Shown here piece by piece: positions 25,829-35,510 of a DNA stretch of 64,000 nucleotides (position 1 is the stretch's first letter; every line of letters begins with the position of its first letter). The notes under the pieces are model-generated. The model saw only the letters and a list, made by a program, of their open reading frames with translations. It was not told the DNA's origin and did not search any database. Location: positions 1 through 64,000 of the IMG/VR virus record IMGVR_UViG_3300028364_000033. One strand, 5' to 3'. The DNA is from a virus. A program made the translations under genes and the position numbers.

Positions 25829-25858
25829 AAATAAAGCCAGAATTATCTGGCTTTATTA
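25829..25858. terminator. bidirectional terminator hairpin AAAGCCAGA-ATTA-TCTGGCTTT
   Basis: 9-bp stem; T8 on minus strand. Confidence 0.55.
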
Positions 25859-25862
25859 ATTA

Positions 25863-26123
25863 TTATTGATTATCTTTATTGGATTCATCAGTAATACTTT
25901 GTTTTGTTTTTGAGAAACCTCTTACTACCGAAACACCTAACATAGTCGCTGAAAAAATTAATAAAGATTCAAACATGTCTATGTTTACACTAATAAATGT
26001 AAACATATCCAATAAAAAAGCAATACAACATAAAACACCGCTGGCTAGCCCCATTGTTTTTTTAGACGAGTATTTATTGTCGTCCTTATCTTCTGTGAAG
26101 ATATCTTTAATAAATTCCTTCAT
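25863..26123 (-). CDS. small membrane protein
   Basis: ORF track; GLASGVLCCIAFLLDMFTFISV hydrophobic. Confidence 0.4.
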   Translation of the reverse strand: MKEFIKDIFTEDKDDNKYSSKKTMGLASGVLCCIAFLLDMFTFISVNIDMFESLLIFSATMLGVSVVRGFSKTKQSITDESNKDNQ

Positions 26124-26204
26124 AATAATTTGTTTAATTATAAATACTTTATAATATTAAAAAAGCCCCCAAAAGGAGGCTTAAAAAAACAAATTCAAAA
26201 GAAT

Positions 26205-26663
26205 TTACTCAACACTAACTAATTCCAAATCAAAAACCAAATCTTTTCCAGATAGTGGATGGTTAGCATCCAATAATGCTGAATTTTCTTTAACTTCAAC
26301 TACAACAACGGTCATTTGTTGACCCTGAGCATTTTGAGTGTGTAATACTTGACCAGCGGCAACTGTTTCTGGTAGGTATTGTTTTTCTACTTCTTGTATA
26401 AGTTCTTCTCTTGGTTGTCCGTAAGCCTCGTCACAAGTTATTGAAACTGTTTTAACCTCACCTTCGGACATTCCTTGAAGAGCTTTTTCAAACCCTGGGA
26501 TTAATTTTCCCTCACCAAGAACAACTTCAAGTGGTTCTTTAGTTTCAAAGTTATATCCTTCAACGGCTTTTGAAGAATAAAATACTTGCCCATCAACAAA
26601 TTTACCTGTATAATGAACTTTAATTTTACTGTTTTCTACTACTAATTTACTATTTTCTGACAT
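26205..26663 (-). CDS. FKBP-type peptidyl-prolyl cis-trans isomerase (SlyD-like with IF insert domain)
   Basis: KVHYTGKFVDGQVFYSS...PLEVVLGEGKLIPGFEKALQGMSEGE matches FKBP core. Confidence 0.75.
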   Translation of the reverse strand: MSENSKLVVENSKIKVHYTGKFVDGQVFYSSKAVEGYNFETKEPLEVVLGEGKLIPGFEKALQGMSEGEVKTVSITCDEAYGQPREELIQEVEKQYLPETVAAGQVLHTQNAQGQQMTVVVVEVKENSALLDANHPLSGKDLVFDLELVSVE

Positions 26664-26693
26664 AATTTTAATTTTTTTAAATCTTATACTTCA

Positions 26694-26722
26694 AATATAG
26701 TATTTTAAAATCATAATGTCAA
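26694..26722 (-). promoter_or_regulatory. sigma70-type promoter TTGACA-N17-TATATT upstream of FKBP gene
   Basis: minus-strand CTTGACAttatgattttaaaatacTATATTtg. Confidence 0.5.
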
Positions 26723-26759
26723 GTTTAAAACAAAAAAAACATTAGATGTAAATAATATT

Positions 26760-27146
26760 TTAACTTAACACATATTGAAAATTTTTAGGTAATTCAGATA
26801 TTTTTATTAATTTCGATTTGACATATGGTAAATTATGTTTTATTGATTTTTGTACCCTATGATTTCCATCTAATATGTATTTAAATTGATTGTTATCATT
26901 AACGATAATTAAAACAGGGTATTGTAAATCAGATTTTTCTATTTTTTCAATTTCATCTGTATTTCCATCCCAATTTAATACTATTTTCGATAGTTTTTGC
27001 GTTGGAATATTTTTGATTGGAGTATCTTTTGTTAAATAAAGTAATTGTTTTAGTGTTACAGTAACAGCACCATTTACCCACTTATCTCCCAACCCTTCGT
27101 TTATATATTTTTTAAGCGAACCTTTAATGATTTTTTTTAAATTCAT
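26760..27146 (-). CDS. hypothetical protein
   Basis: ORF track. Confidence 0.35.
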   Translation of the reverse strand: MNLKKIIKGSLKKYINEGLGDKWVNGAVTVTLKQLLYLTKDTPIKNIPTQKLSKIVLNWDGNTDEIEKIEKSDLQYPVLIIVNDNNQFKYILDGNHRVQKSIKHNLPYVKSKLIKISELPKNFQYVLS

Positions 27147-27203
27147 AATTTATTTTTAAATAAATATTTGTAAATTAATTTTATAATTCTACTTTAATAA
27201 AAA

Positions 27204-27225
27204 AACCCACTAAAAGTGGGTTTTT
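27204..27225. terminator. bidirectional terminator AACCCAC-TAAAA-GTGGGTT
   Basis: 7-bp stem with A-run/T-run flanks. Confidence 0.5.
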
Positions 27226-27235
27226 AAAAGTGGAC

Positions 27236-27330
27236 GTTATGGGAGTCGAACCCATGTCTTACAAACTCTTCAAAAGATTTCTAGAAGTTTAGGTCATAAT
27301 TTATCAAACTATCCGAAATTCTTCCTTACT
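27236..27330 (-). tRNA. tRNA-like element with canonical T-arm (ATGGG-TTCGACT-CCCAT); acceptor not resolved, possibly interrupted or degenerate
   Basis: T-loop signature and a family promoter 285 nt upstream; cloverleaf not completed by eye. Confidence 0.3.
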
Positions 27331-27614
27331 TTTATAGTGGTTTTGGTCCCACTCATAGATTACCATGATTAATAGATTACTATTATTTGGTGATTTATCA
27401 CCATCAACATTAAATTAGGCTAATGCTACCTCTCCCATACCAACACCCAAGGTGGCGGTATCTAGGAAATTTTTGTCAATGTCAAACTCGTTGCCATTTA
27501 AAAAGTGTTTGATAGTGATTTTAGGAGCTTCCAATCTAACTCCACTTCCTTACTAATTACGAATATCCATAATCAATTCCGTAAAACGCCCAATTGTTTT
27601 AATAAATATATACA

Positions 27615-27643
27615 AATATAGTGAAAAACATTTAATAATTCAA
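27615..27643 (-). promoter_or_regulatory. sigma70-type promoter TTGAAT-N17-TATATT
   Basis: family motif; drives tRNA-like element downstream. Confidence 0.4.
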
Positions 27644-27649
27644 GGTTTA

Positions 27650-27985
27650 TTAAAAATATATTATATAAATATCTTTTCCTTGTAATTTAGCCTTATTAAT
27701 TGAATCAGCCGTGCCATTCGATTTTAAATCCCAACAAGCCACTATCACTTCACCTTCATCAATAATTAATTGATTTCTTATGAATCCAGCCGATTTATTA
27801 TATTTTGCCCAATCTGGTAAATGAATACTTTTTTCTATACCATTATCATCCGCATACTTTTCACCCAATGAATCAGCACCAAGTGCGCCACCCGATATAA
27901 TTTTAGTAGGCTTAAGTGCATCCAATATCATCTTAAGCCTATCAAAATCTTTAAAGGTTCTACTACCTATTACGGAAACAACCAT
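27650..27985 (-). CDS. SLOG/DUF2493-like (DprA/LOG-related Rossmann) protein
   Basis: IGSRTF...IISGGALGADSLGEKYA pattern of SLOG family. Confidence 0.4.
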   Translation of the reverse strand: MVVSVIGSRTFKDFDRLKMILDALKPTKIISGGALGADSLGEKYADDNGIEKSIHLPDWAKYNKSAGFIRNQLIIDEGEVIVACWDLKSNGTADSINKAKLQGKDIYIIYF

Positions 27986-28698
27986 TAGGCAGCTTTATTT
28001 ATAATAATACCATCGATGATACCATAATTTAAAGCTTCTTCTGATGTCAACCATTTATCTCTATTACAATCGATAAGAACTTCTTCTTTTGTTTTGTCGC
28101 AGAAACTAGCTAACATTTCAAATAATATTTCATTATACTTATCAGCTTGCTCTAGGGATATTCTCATATCCGCAACATGGCCTTCCGCACCACCAGAAAC
28201 TTGGTGTAACATCACTTTACTATGTTTAAGGCTAAATCTCTTACCCTTGGTCCCATTACCCAATAGGATTGAACCCATTGATGCTGCCATACCAGTATTG
28301 ATTGTTGCTATATCGGATGAAACATAATTCATAACATCTACCATGGTTAAACCAGCCTTTACGCTTCCACCTGGAGAATCGACATGCATCGTTATATCGT
28401 TTGTTTCTAGGTTATCCAAGAACATTAATTGTGCGGCTACAACATTACTCATATTATCGTTAACAACACCAGCGACCCATAAAATTCTATCCATCATCAT
28501 TCTGGAGAAAATATCAAGCTGTGTAACACGTAGTTCCCTCTCTTCTAATATATATGGTGTCATACTACCCATTGGTACCCCAATGGTTTGTACGTTACTA
28601 TATAATGTCTTTTGTAAATTTTCCCACGATTGGAGTTGCATTCCACTTATACCCATATGCCCTATAGCATATTTTTTAAATTCTCCGTAATAATCCAT
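27985..28698 (-). CDS. ClpP-family (S14) serine protease
   Basis: MHVDSPGGSVKAG (ClpP IDSPGGSV), GMAASMGS (active-site Ser), MLHQVSGG (His). Confidence 0.7.
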   Translation of the reverse strand: MDYYGEFKKYAIGHMGISGMQLQSWENLQKTLYSNVQTIGVPMGSMTPYILEERELRVTQLDIFSRMMMDRILWVAGVVNDNMSNVVAAQLMFLDNLETNDITMHVDSPGGSVKAGLTMVDVMNYVSSDIATINTGMAASMGSILLGNGTKGKRFSLKHSKVMLHQVSGGAEGHVADMRISLEQADKYNEILFEMLASFCDKTKEEVLIDCNRDKWLTSEEALNYGIIDGIIINKAA

Positions 28699-28702
28699 AT
28701 TT

Positions 28703-29386
28703 TTATTTTTTAATTTTAAACCATTTTTTAAATTTATGGTTATTTAATCTATATTTTACAGTACTTCTATTTATGTTAAGTTTTTTAGTAGCTTCTTTTA
28801 TGGTATCATATTCAACACCATTTATAGAAACTTTCTGAGCTTTTGGATTGTTCTCAACCATAAATTTAGAATGTTCTGGCGACTTACGACCACTCATAGA
28901 TTTAGCTATTTTTTCTTTAGTCTCATTACTATGTGGAAACCCACCTCTATTTTTAGTACCTTTACCTATATTTTCCCTATGCTCCTTAGTAAAAAACTTA
29001 GCCTTGGCAGAGTCGCTCATTTTTTTCTTTGTTTCTTTACTAAAGACCCTACCTTTTAATTTTTTAGACTGTTTTAATCTAATTTCTTTTAATTCTTCAT
29101 CTGTTTTATCATAAACCCAATGATTACCGCCCTCGCCACCTTTAGTCGAATTATAACCATCATTAAACGAGTTTTCTAATTTAATATAATAAATTTCCTT
29201 ATCATTTAAATTATTATCATTTATATCATCTTCAAGTATAACCCTATCAAATATAATTGCACCATGAACTTTAGCTATTCTATTAGGGACTAATCCAGAT
29301 GACCAATAATCTTTTTTTTTATCATTATGTTTTCCAACATATTTTTTACCATTTCTCTTATCTATTAACATATATATGTAACCCAC
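28703..29386 (-). CDS. GIY-YIG homing endonuclease (Seg-like) with NUMOD-like repeats and C-terminal HTH
   Basis: MGYIYMLIDKRNGKKYVGKH GIY-YIG; repeated SKETKKKMS/SNETKEKIAKSMSG; INGVEYDTIKEATKKLNINRSTVKYR. Confidence 0.7.
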   Translation of the reverse strand: MGYIYMLIDKRNGKKYVGKHNDKKKDYWSSGLVPNRIAKVHGAIIFDRVILEDDINDNNLNDKEIYYIKLENSFNDGYNSTKGGEGGNHWVYDKTDEELKEIRLKQSKKLKGRVFSKETKKKMSDSAKAKFFTKEHRENIGKGTKNRGGFPHSNETKEKIAKSMSGRKSPEHSKFMVENNPKAQKVSINGVEYDTIKEATKKLNINRSTVKYRLNNHKFKKWFKIKK

Positions 29387-29548
29387 ATTAAAGTATTTAT
29401 ATAATAAATATATCCAACATTAGTTAAGAGAACAAGTTATAGCGAATTTTTCCCAATAATGTAATTGCATGCTGCTAATCCCCATGTGGTTATTAGCATA
29501 TTTTTTAAATTCATTATAAAAATCTAACATATAAATTTATTTTTTAAA

Positions 29549-29773
29549 TTAATATTCATCGGTATATATGAATACTGGGGAATACTCACCTAACCAAGCT
29601 CCTGAAACATTAAAATTATAATATTCTAAAGCTTCATCTTGTGTCATACCACCTTCTGTAAGTATTTTTATTATTTTACTGGCATCATAGGCAACAACTG
29701 GTCCGAAATTAATTCTTTCGGCCATACCAATTATTGCCTCTGAATTATAATAAGCAACTTCATCAATACCCAT
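29549..29773 (-). CDS. hypothetical protein
   Basis: ORF track. Confidence 0.3.
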   Translation of the reverse strand: MGIDEVAYYNSEAIIGMAERINFGPVVAYDASKIIKILTEGGMTQDEALEYYNFNVSGAWLGEYSPVFIYTDEY

Positions 29774-30192
29774 TATACCTCAGCTCCGTTCTTTTCAACA
29801 CTGAAAAGAGTTCTAATACTTTCTTGAAGAACTTCGTAGTTATCATACCCATACTTTGATAGAACCCCAGAAAATGTTTTAATATCCTCTTGTGTGATAA
29901 TTAACTTATCTTTATCCATATCATAATGGATTCCAGCAATAACTTCATCGGCAGCCATAACTTGTTGCTCTTCCGTTAATTGTTCAAATATATTTTCATT
30001 TACGAAGATATATACATCATTTTTAGTCTCATACTTAACTAAATCATTTGCTCTAACCGCTTTAGCCACTACTTTTTTAAGGCTGTTATCAGTTAAGACT
30101 TTAATAGTTACGTGAGCATTAAGTTCTGCTTTTTTAATAACTCCTTCAAAAATTTCCAATGTATCCTCAAAAGGATTTTCGTACTTAGCCAT
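29773..30192 (-). CDS. hypothetical protein
   Basis: ORF track. Confidence 0.35.
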   Translation of the reverse strand: MAKYENPFEDTLEIFEGVIKKAELNAHVTIKVLTDNSLKKVVAKAVRANDLVKYETKNDVYIFVNENIFEQLTEEQQVMAADEVIAGIHYDMDKDKLIITQEDIKTFSGVLSKYGYDNYEVLQESIRTLFSVEKNGAEV

Positions 30193-30220
30193 AATTTACT
30201 TTTTTTAATTAATTAATAAT

Positions 30221-30451
30221 TTATTTTTTAATGAATTTAAATATTTCAATACCGACATCTTTTAAAAAATTTATAATAATGACTGATGTGAATAGTAGTA
30301 CATAAATTGTTACTGGTAACCATAACGGTAAAAAAACCGAATACCAAGACCAATGTTCTACTGAACCAATACCAACCAATTTCATAAATAGAAAAATTAT
30401 AAATAATAAGATTCCTAATCCAATACTACCAGTTTTAAAATATTCCTTCAT
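30221..30451 (-). CDS. small membrane protein (2 TM)
   Basis: ORF track; hydrophobic. Confidence 0.35.
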   Translation of the reverse strand: MKEYFKTGSIGLGILLFIIFLFMKLVGIGSVEHWSWYSVFLPLWLPVTIYVLLFTSVIIINFLKDVGIEIFKFIKK

Positions 30452-30558
30452 TAATTTCGTTTGTACAAATATACTATTAATTAATTATAGATGCAAGGTA
30501 TTTCAAAAATCATTTAACCACATATTTACATATAACATTAAAAACGTATATTATACCT

Positions 30559-31218
30559 ATGTATAGAGTCATTTTAACGATAAATAATAGATATAAAAAA
30601 ACACTTCACCGAAGTAAAACTAAAGAAGCATCTTTTGATAACTTTAGGAGGTTAATCGATGAGAACAATAATGTTATATTCCCAAAACAATATACAAATA
30701 GTCATGGTATAAATAAGATTAAATATAAGATATTGGTGGTTAAGGATAAGGAAGATTTTGATGAAAATCGAACACTCAGAGATGGTTTGGGTAAGCTTTA
30801 TATTGAAAAACCGATATTTGATTTATGGACGGTACTTAGTGACAGTGATTATGAAATAGAGGAAACTTTTTGGATGTATGGTCGGGACCCAGTATTTGAT
30901 AGGGTTACGATTCATGAAATACTTAAACCAATGATGTTACACGCCTATAAGAAAACAACGGTAAAACAGTTGATAGTAGTTAACAATAAACTTGTTCTAT
31001 ATAATGAAGACCAATTTGAGATGGTTATATGTAAGTGCAAGAAAGATGCTCAAAGACTACACCACGCTTTAGCTAAGGCGTGTAGTAAGAATAAAATTAA
31101 GAGTATAATATTTATGGGTACAGCTTCCAAGGCAACAATACCACAAATGTATAGTATCATTCTTGAAAACACGGATTGGAGCATTGAAAAGATAAGGAGA
31201 ACGAGTACCAGACCCTAA
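30559..31218 (+). CDS. hypothetical protein (plus strand)
   Basis: ORF track; convergent with 31220..31492. Confidence 0.4.
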   Translation: MYRVILTINNRYKKTLHRSKTKEASFDNFRRLIDENNNVIFPKQYTNSHGINKIKYKILVVKDKEDFDENRTLRDGLGKLYIEKPIFDLWTVLSDSDYEIEETFWMYGRDPVFDRVTIHEILKPMMLHAYKKTTVKQLIVVNNKLVLYNEDQFEMVICKCKKDAQRLHHALAKACSKNKIKSIIFMGTASKATIPQMYSIILENTDWSIEKIRRTSTRP

Positions 31219-31219
31219 A

Positions 31220-31492
31220 TTAAGAAAGGATGAGTTTTAATTTCTCATCCCTTGTTAATTGTTTAATCTTATATTCCATTTTACTCGCTTCGGACCTGTT
31301 TTCTACGCTCCAGTGTTTTTTTAATATTACGGGGGTCTTATTTCTAGTGTATTTTGCTCCTTTACCCTTATTGTGTGTATCTATTCGTTTATCAATATTA
31401 TTTGTTATCCCCGTATATAAGGTGCCATTGGAAACCTCAATTATATAAACACACCAATTATTAATATTCATCATTCTTTCCCTCATCACCAC
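31220..31492 (-). CDS. stand-alone GIY-YIG domain protein (UPF0213/YhbQ-like)
   Basis: WCVYIIEVSNGTLYTGITNNIDKRIDTHNKGKGAKYT matches the small GIY-YIG nuclease family. Confidence 0.6.
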   Translation of the reverse strand: MVMRERMMNINNWCVYIIEVSNGTLYTGITNNIDKRIDTHNKGKGAKYTRNKTPVILKKHWSVENRSEASKMEYKIKQLTRDEKLKLILS

Positions 31493-31751
31493 CTTGACCT
31501 ATATCAAAGTTTTTAATAAGGTCCTGAACTATTGTGTTTATTTTTGACATATCAACATCACTCACTTGTAATGGATTTATACATACTACCCTTTCCTCAA
31601 CATCGGTCGGTAGAAAGAAGGCTATTGCGTTAGATTCCCTAGAGGCTAATGTTTCATTTACCTGATTAGCTATCAGAGGCATAATATCATGATTGGTTAT
31701 TGTATCCCTATCGAGATAAAATACTATTATTAGTGGATACCCTTTTTCCAT
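31461..31751 (-). CDS. hypothetical protein
   Basis: ORF track. Confidence 0.3.
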   Translation of the reverse strand: MEKGYPLIIVFYLDRDTITNHDIMPLIANQVNETLASRESNAIAFFLPTDVEERVVCINPLQVSDVDMSKINTIVQDLIKNFDIGQGGDEGKNDEY

Positions 31752-31752
31752 A

Positions 31753-31971
31753 TTAATTATTTTTATACTTTAGTGTTGAAATTCTATCTATGTAGTTAAG
31801 GTTATTCAATTTACAAAAAGGTTTTATTTTTTCGTTAATTAATTTATTTACAATTTTAGTTGATTCCATTTTATTATTTACAGTCGCACTAATCGCTTGA
31901 TTAGTTTCCGACATCAGATATGTTATATTATTAACACCATCTTCATCCATTTCCTTTATCAATATTCTCAT
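31753..31971 (-). CDS. hypothetical protein
   Basis: ORF track. Confidence 0.3.
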   Translation of the reverse strand: MRILIKEMDEDGVNNITYLMSETNQAISATVNNKMESTKIVNKLINEKIKPFCKLNNLNYIDRISTLKYKNN

Positions 31972-32240
31972 ATTAAGTGTTTATATCATTATTATAAGTA
32001 CAATTTAATTATTATTTTTGATATAGTCAAGTAATAGAAAAAGGTTTATACAAATTAATGTATAAACCTTTTAATTTTAAAACCAGAATGTGGGGGCATT
32101 TAATTCAAACCCAATAAGAATATTGATTATAAGTGTTATCAACACCACCTTAGGCTACTTATTTTTTAGGGGCAAGCCAGAGGACCCCAGTTATCAGTAT
32201 CAATTTATATGTTTTAGATTGCTGAATACATTCTTTAGTT

Positions 32241-33695
32241 TTATATTGTAATACTATCGTACCTATCAGAGTTAACAATATCCATCATCATAGATAATGG
32301 TGTCATATCCTTACCACCCAAAAGGTTCTTTAACAATGAAACACTAAATCCGCTAACAAGTGCCGTACCTTGTTTATCAAAAGAAACGGGGCTGTTATCA
32401 TTTCTTGAATTTAAGTTCCAGTAAACAAGTTTTGGCATTTTATAACCAGAATCGGCATACATTTTTTCAACCATTTGTTGAGCACTTGGGTTCCAGACTG
32501 GATGAGAAACCCCCCAACCATTATTACCAGTTGCAAAGTCAAACTGCATATCACTTAAAATTAATAACATGGTAGGCATATCGGATTGTAGCACATCGCT
32601 AGACTTGGCTTTAGTTAAAATTGTTTCAAATGCGGCTTGTATATTAGTGCTCCCACCCCAGTCAGCTCTACTCAATTGAGTGAACCTATCATTTAAACTA
32701 CCTTTAAGGACCTCTAATTTAGGTTGACTCGTGAATGTTAGAAACGCATCTTTAAATGCACCAACATTACGCTCTGAAATATATAACCCAAGAGATATTG
32801 CAACGTCCATACAAGTAACCGATTTACTACCACCAGCTGGACAGGTCATTGAACCAGATACATCTACAAGTGGGAGTAAACGTTCGCCATTACCTTCTAA
32901 ATAGTTAGGTAGTGCACCCCATTGTGCGTTAGCACCATCTGAGTTACCTTGTTTTAAACTTTTTATTATATCATATGGATAAACCGCACCAGCATTAATC
33001 GTAGCTTCACCCTTTTCGACTGATTGCAAATAAGAACCAAATCTTTGGGTATCATTTCTCGAAAATGATTTCATATAATCGGACATAGCCTTAGATGGTA
33101 CGTGAGAATATGTGATTGCATCAAATTTCTTAGCGCACATTAATTGCTCAACAGTGTTTGATAATCCAACTAATAAGGTTCTATATTCTTTTGGTGAAAG
33201 ACCTAAGTAGTTTCTTATAGCTTTAGCCCATAATTTTCTTTCCCTGTTTTTTGTATTGCCCCTTGGAAGCCATTTGGAACATAAACCATCACCCCTATCA
33301 AGGGCTGATTTTATAATAACCAAAACTTCATTTTCTAATTTAGTACCTATTAGAACAAGTAAATCGTCCCACCTACCAAACTCGGAAAATAAGTTTAAAT
33401 TCTTACCTAACACATCTGGGTGGTTATTTGATAAATAAACAACAATTTCCCTAAAGGTTTCTCTTTCACCAGCACCACCTCTAATATCCCTAGCCCAAAA
33501 TAATATTTTCATGGCCAATAGTGGGTTTTCACCGAACGCCTTTGAAAATGCATTTATCTTATCTCTTTTGCCCTTACCCCTTAAGGCTCCGATTTTAAAG
33601 AATAAATCAACACATAAATTCAAGGATGTTGAATTTGTTGTCATACCATTTTCTGTGAACGCATCATTAGTTCTCATTGCATCTATTAGTTTCAT
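32241..33695 (-). CDS. TROVE/DUF2828-like protein with C-terminal vWA (MIDAS) domain; possible Ro60-like RNA-binding protein
   Basis: MIDAS residues DVSGSM ... GGST ... LSDMQFD in vWA order; Ro60 has the corresponding FLLAVDVSASM / PAGGTD / VFTDNE; N-terminal helical region. Confidence 0.5.
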   Translation of the reverse strand: MKLIDAMRTNDAFTENGMTTNSTSLNLCVDLFFKIGALRGKGKRDKINAFSKAFGENPLLAMKILFWARDIRGGAGERETFREIVVYLSNNHPDVLGKNLNLFSEFGRWDDLLVLIGTKLENEVLVIIKSALDRGDGLCSKWLPRGNTKNRERKLWAKAIRNYLGLSPKEYRTLLVGLSNTVEQLMCAKKFDAITYSHVPSKAMSDYMKSFSRNDTQRFGSYLQSVEKGEATINAGAVYPYDIIKSLKQGNSDGANAQWGALPNYLEGNGERLLPLVDVSGSMTCPAGGSKSVTCMDVAISLGLYISERNVGAFKDAFLTFTSQPKLEVLKGSLNDRFTQLSRADWGGSTNIQAAFETILTKAKSSDVLQSDMPTMLLILSDMQFDFATGNNGWGVSHPVWNPSAQQMVEKMYADSGYKMPKLVYWNLNSRNDNSPVSFDKQGTALVSGFSVSLLKNLLGGKDMTPLSMMMDIVNSDRYDSITI

Positions 33696-33729
33696 AACTT
33701 TAAAATTTTGATTATTATTGTTGAGTGCA

Positions 33730-33758
33730 AATATAGTAACTTATTTTGGATAAAACAA
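33730..33758 (-). promoter_or_regulatory. sigma70-type promoter TTGTTT-N17-TATATT upstream of TROVE/vWA gene
   Basis: family motif. Confidence 0.4.
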
Positions 33759-34106
33759 GTAAAATTTAATTTTTTTTTATATAACAATAAAAGTTGGTTA
33801 CTGACGAGCTTAATGGGTATTGGTTTTTAACCTCAGGGTTTCAGGATTCCAACTGTTACTACAAACCCTTTTTCACTTGTTATATTTAGTTTCTAAAATT
33901 AACCCACAACCATAAAATTACAAGTACCCTCAATATTACCAAAAAAACAAATATTGAAGTAATTATAAAACCAATTGTTTCTAAAAAATTATAATTCCAA
34001 GTAATTTCCATATTGTATATATTATATATAATATTATATATAATTTATTATATATTATATATTATAGTACAATAATACTAATAATATTTTAATGATGCAA
34101 GTATTA

Positions 34107-34331
34107 TTATATTTTTTTTATAAATTTAACATTTATATCACCTATGACCACCTCTACCATATCCCTATGGGTAAATTTAGTATTACTTGGGTTGGCCTTA
34201 TAGAAAAGATGTTCATCCATCTTTTCATGTATTTTTTCATCGAGTTCATATACCAATGTTAGACCTTTCTTGTATATTTTGTCATTATCGAATATCTCCG
34301 ATATGCTTTCTATCAATTGTTCGTATTTCAT
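34107..34331 (-). CDS. hypothetical protein
   Basis: ORF track. Confidence 0.3.
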   Translation of the reverse strand: MKYEQLIESISEIFDNDKIYKKGLTLVYELDEKIHEKMDEHLFYKANPSNTKFTHRDMVEVVIGDINVKFIKKI

Positions 34332-34332
34332 A

Positions 34333-34650
34333 TTAAAACCTTGTAAAAATATTTTTTATTTGTAATGAAAATTTTTGATACCACGTTTTTTCAATCTTGG
34401 TTATCTTATTGGGGTTCTTTTTAACTTCCTCACCCAGGCCAGATTTAAGTTCGTTTATAAAACTACTCTTTTTTAAATCTGTGCTATATTTTATACTTTT
34501 AATATCATTACTGATGTTTTGTTGTATAGAATTTATAGAACCCAAATTTTCCACATCTTCCTCACGGTTGATTTCACTTATGAATTCATCATTATGTGTT
34601 TTGAATTTAGTCAAAACTTCCTCAAGCGATATTATACGATTTTTATCCAT
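34333..34650 (-). CDS. hypothetical protein
   Basis: ORF track. Confidence 0.3.
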   Translation of the reverse strand: MDKNRIISLEEVLTKFKTHNDEFISEINREEDVENLGSINSIQQNISNDIKSIKYSTDLKKSSFINELKSGLGEEVKKNPNKITKIEKTWYQKFSLQIKNIFTRF

Positions 34651-35080
34651 GGTTATTTATTTTTTCTTTAGTTCCCTTGAATAGTGGTGACGGTAAATCA
34701 TCAACCCCGAACCACCCATATTCGTGATGTTCAAAATTTATTTTAGCCTCGAACTCTTCATCTACCAATCCCTCATAGTAGTGTAGAACCTTATTATTAT
34801 CAATATCGAAGGTATCTATGAACTTATATTTAATTATGTCTGGGTCAACGCCTATTTCCTCACTCACCTCTCTTTTAAGACCATCTAAGACACTTTCTCC
34901 AGAATCTATACCACCAGTCACAAAAGACCATTTTTCTTCCTTATTACCATCGTTTCTCAATAGTAACAATAGTTTATTTGTCTTACTACACTTAATCAGT
35001 ACCCCACCGACTAAATTATTTTTTTGTTTACCATTTTCGGTTAAATAGGTCCTAACTTTGTTTTTAATAATATCTTTCAT
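34643..35080 (-). CDS. hypothetical protein
   Basis: ORF track. Confidence 0.35.
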   Translation of the reverse strand: MKDIIKNKVRTYLTENGKQKNNLVGGVLIKCSKTNKLLLLLRNDGNKEEKWSFVTGGIDSGESVLDGLKREVSEEIGVDPDIIKYKFIDTFDIDNNKVLHYYEGLVDEEFEAKINFEHHEYGWFGVDDLPSPLFKGTKEKINNHG

Positions 35081-35138
35081 ATTAATAAATATTGATTTAT
35101 TCGGTTAATATATGTATATTTGAGTAAAATTAAAGATT

Positions 35139-35480
35139 ATGGTTGAATTATTTATTTTTATTCTAACAGCTTACGGTGCAACGAACATTATGATTTATGG
35201 TTCGATATTTAGTGGTTTTAGAAAAATTATGGGAGTTAATAGAGAAAAGGAACATTTTATTGGTAAATTATTTGGTTGTTTTATGTGTTTATCGTTTTGG
35301 TGGGGTGTAATCCTATCATACGTTTTATATTCACCAACAATGGAAAGTGAAATGACCCAGAACTTACTCTTATTTGATTTCGTTATCGATGGTGAGTATC
35401 TGGCCCTATTTTTTGATGCGTGTTTAGCTTCGGGTAGTGTTTGGTTAGTACATACGATACAGGAAAGAATAGAAGTATAA
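35139..35480 (+). CDS. membrane protein (plus strand), followed by terminator
   Basis: 3 hydrophobic helices; terminator GCCCCTAAACGGGGC plus T8 at 35487-35510. Confidence 0.45.
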   Translation: MVELFIFILTAYGATNIMIYGSIFSGFRKIMGVNREKEHFIGKLFGCFMCLSFWWGVILSYVLYSPTMESEMTQNLLLFDFVIDGEYLALFFDACLASGSVWLVHTIQERIEV

Positions 35481-35486
35481 AAAGCC

Positions 35487-35510
35487 CCTAAACGGGGCTT
35501 TTTTTTATCC
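35487..35510. terminator. bidirectional rho-independent terminator
   Basis: AAAAGCCCCTAAACGGGGCTTTTTTTT. Confidence 0.7.

Noticed and set aside
27985-28698. ClpP-like protease as the phage prohead protease
   Set aside because: Motifs are those of genuine ClpP, and the gene sits among non-structural genes (GIY-YIG, SLOG, FKBP), not in a head module. Function left as ClpP-family protease.
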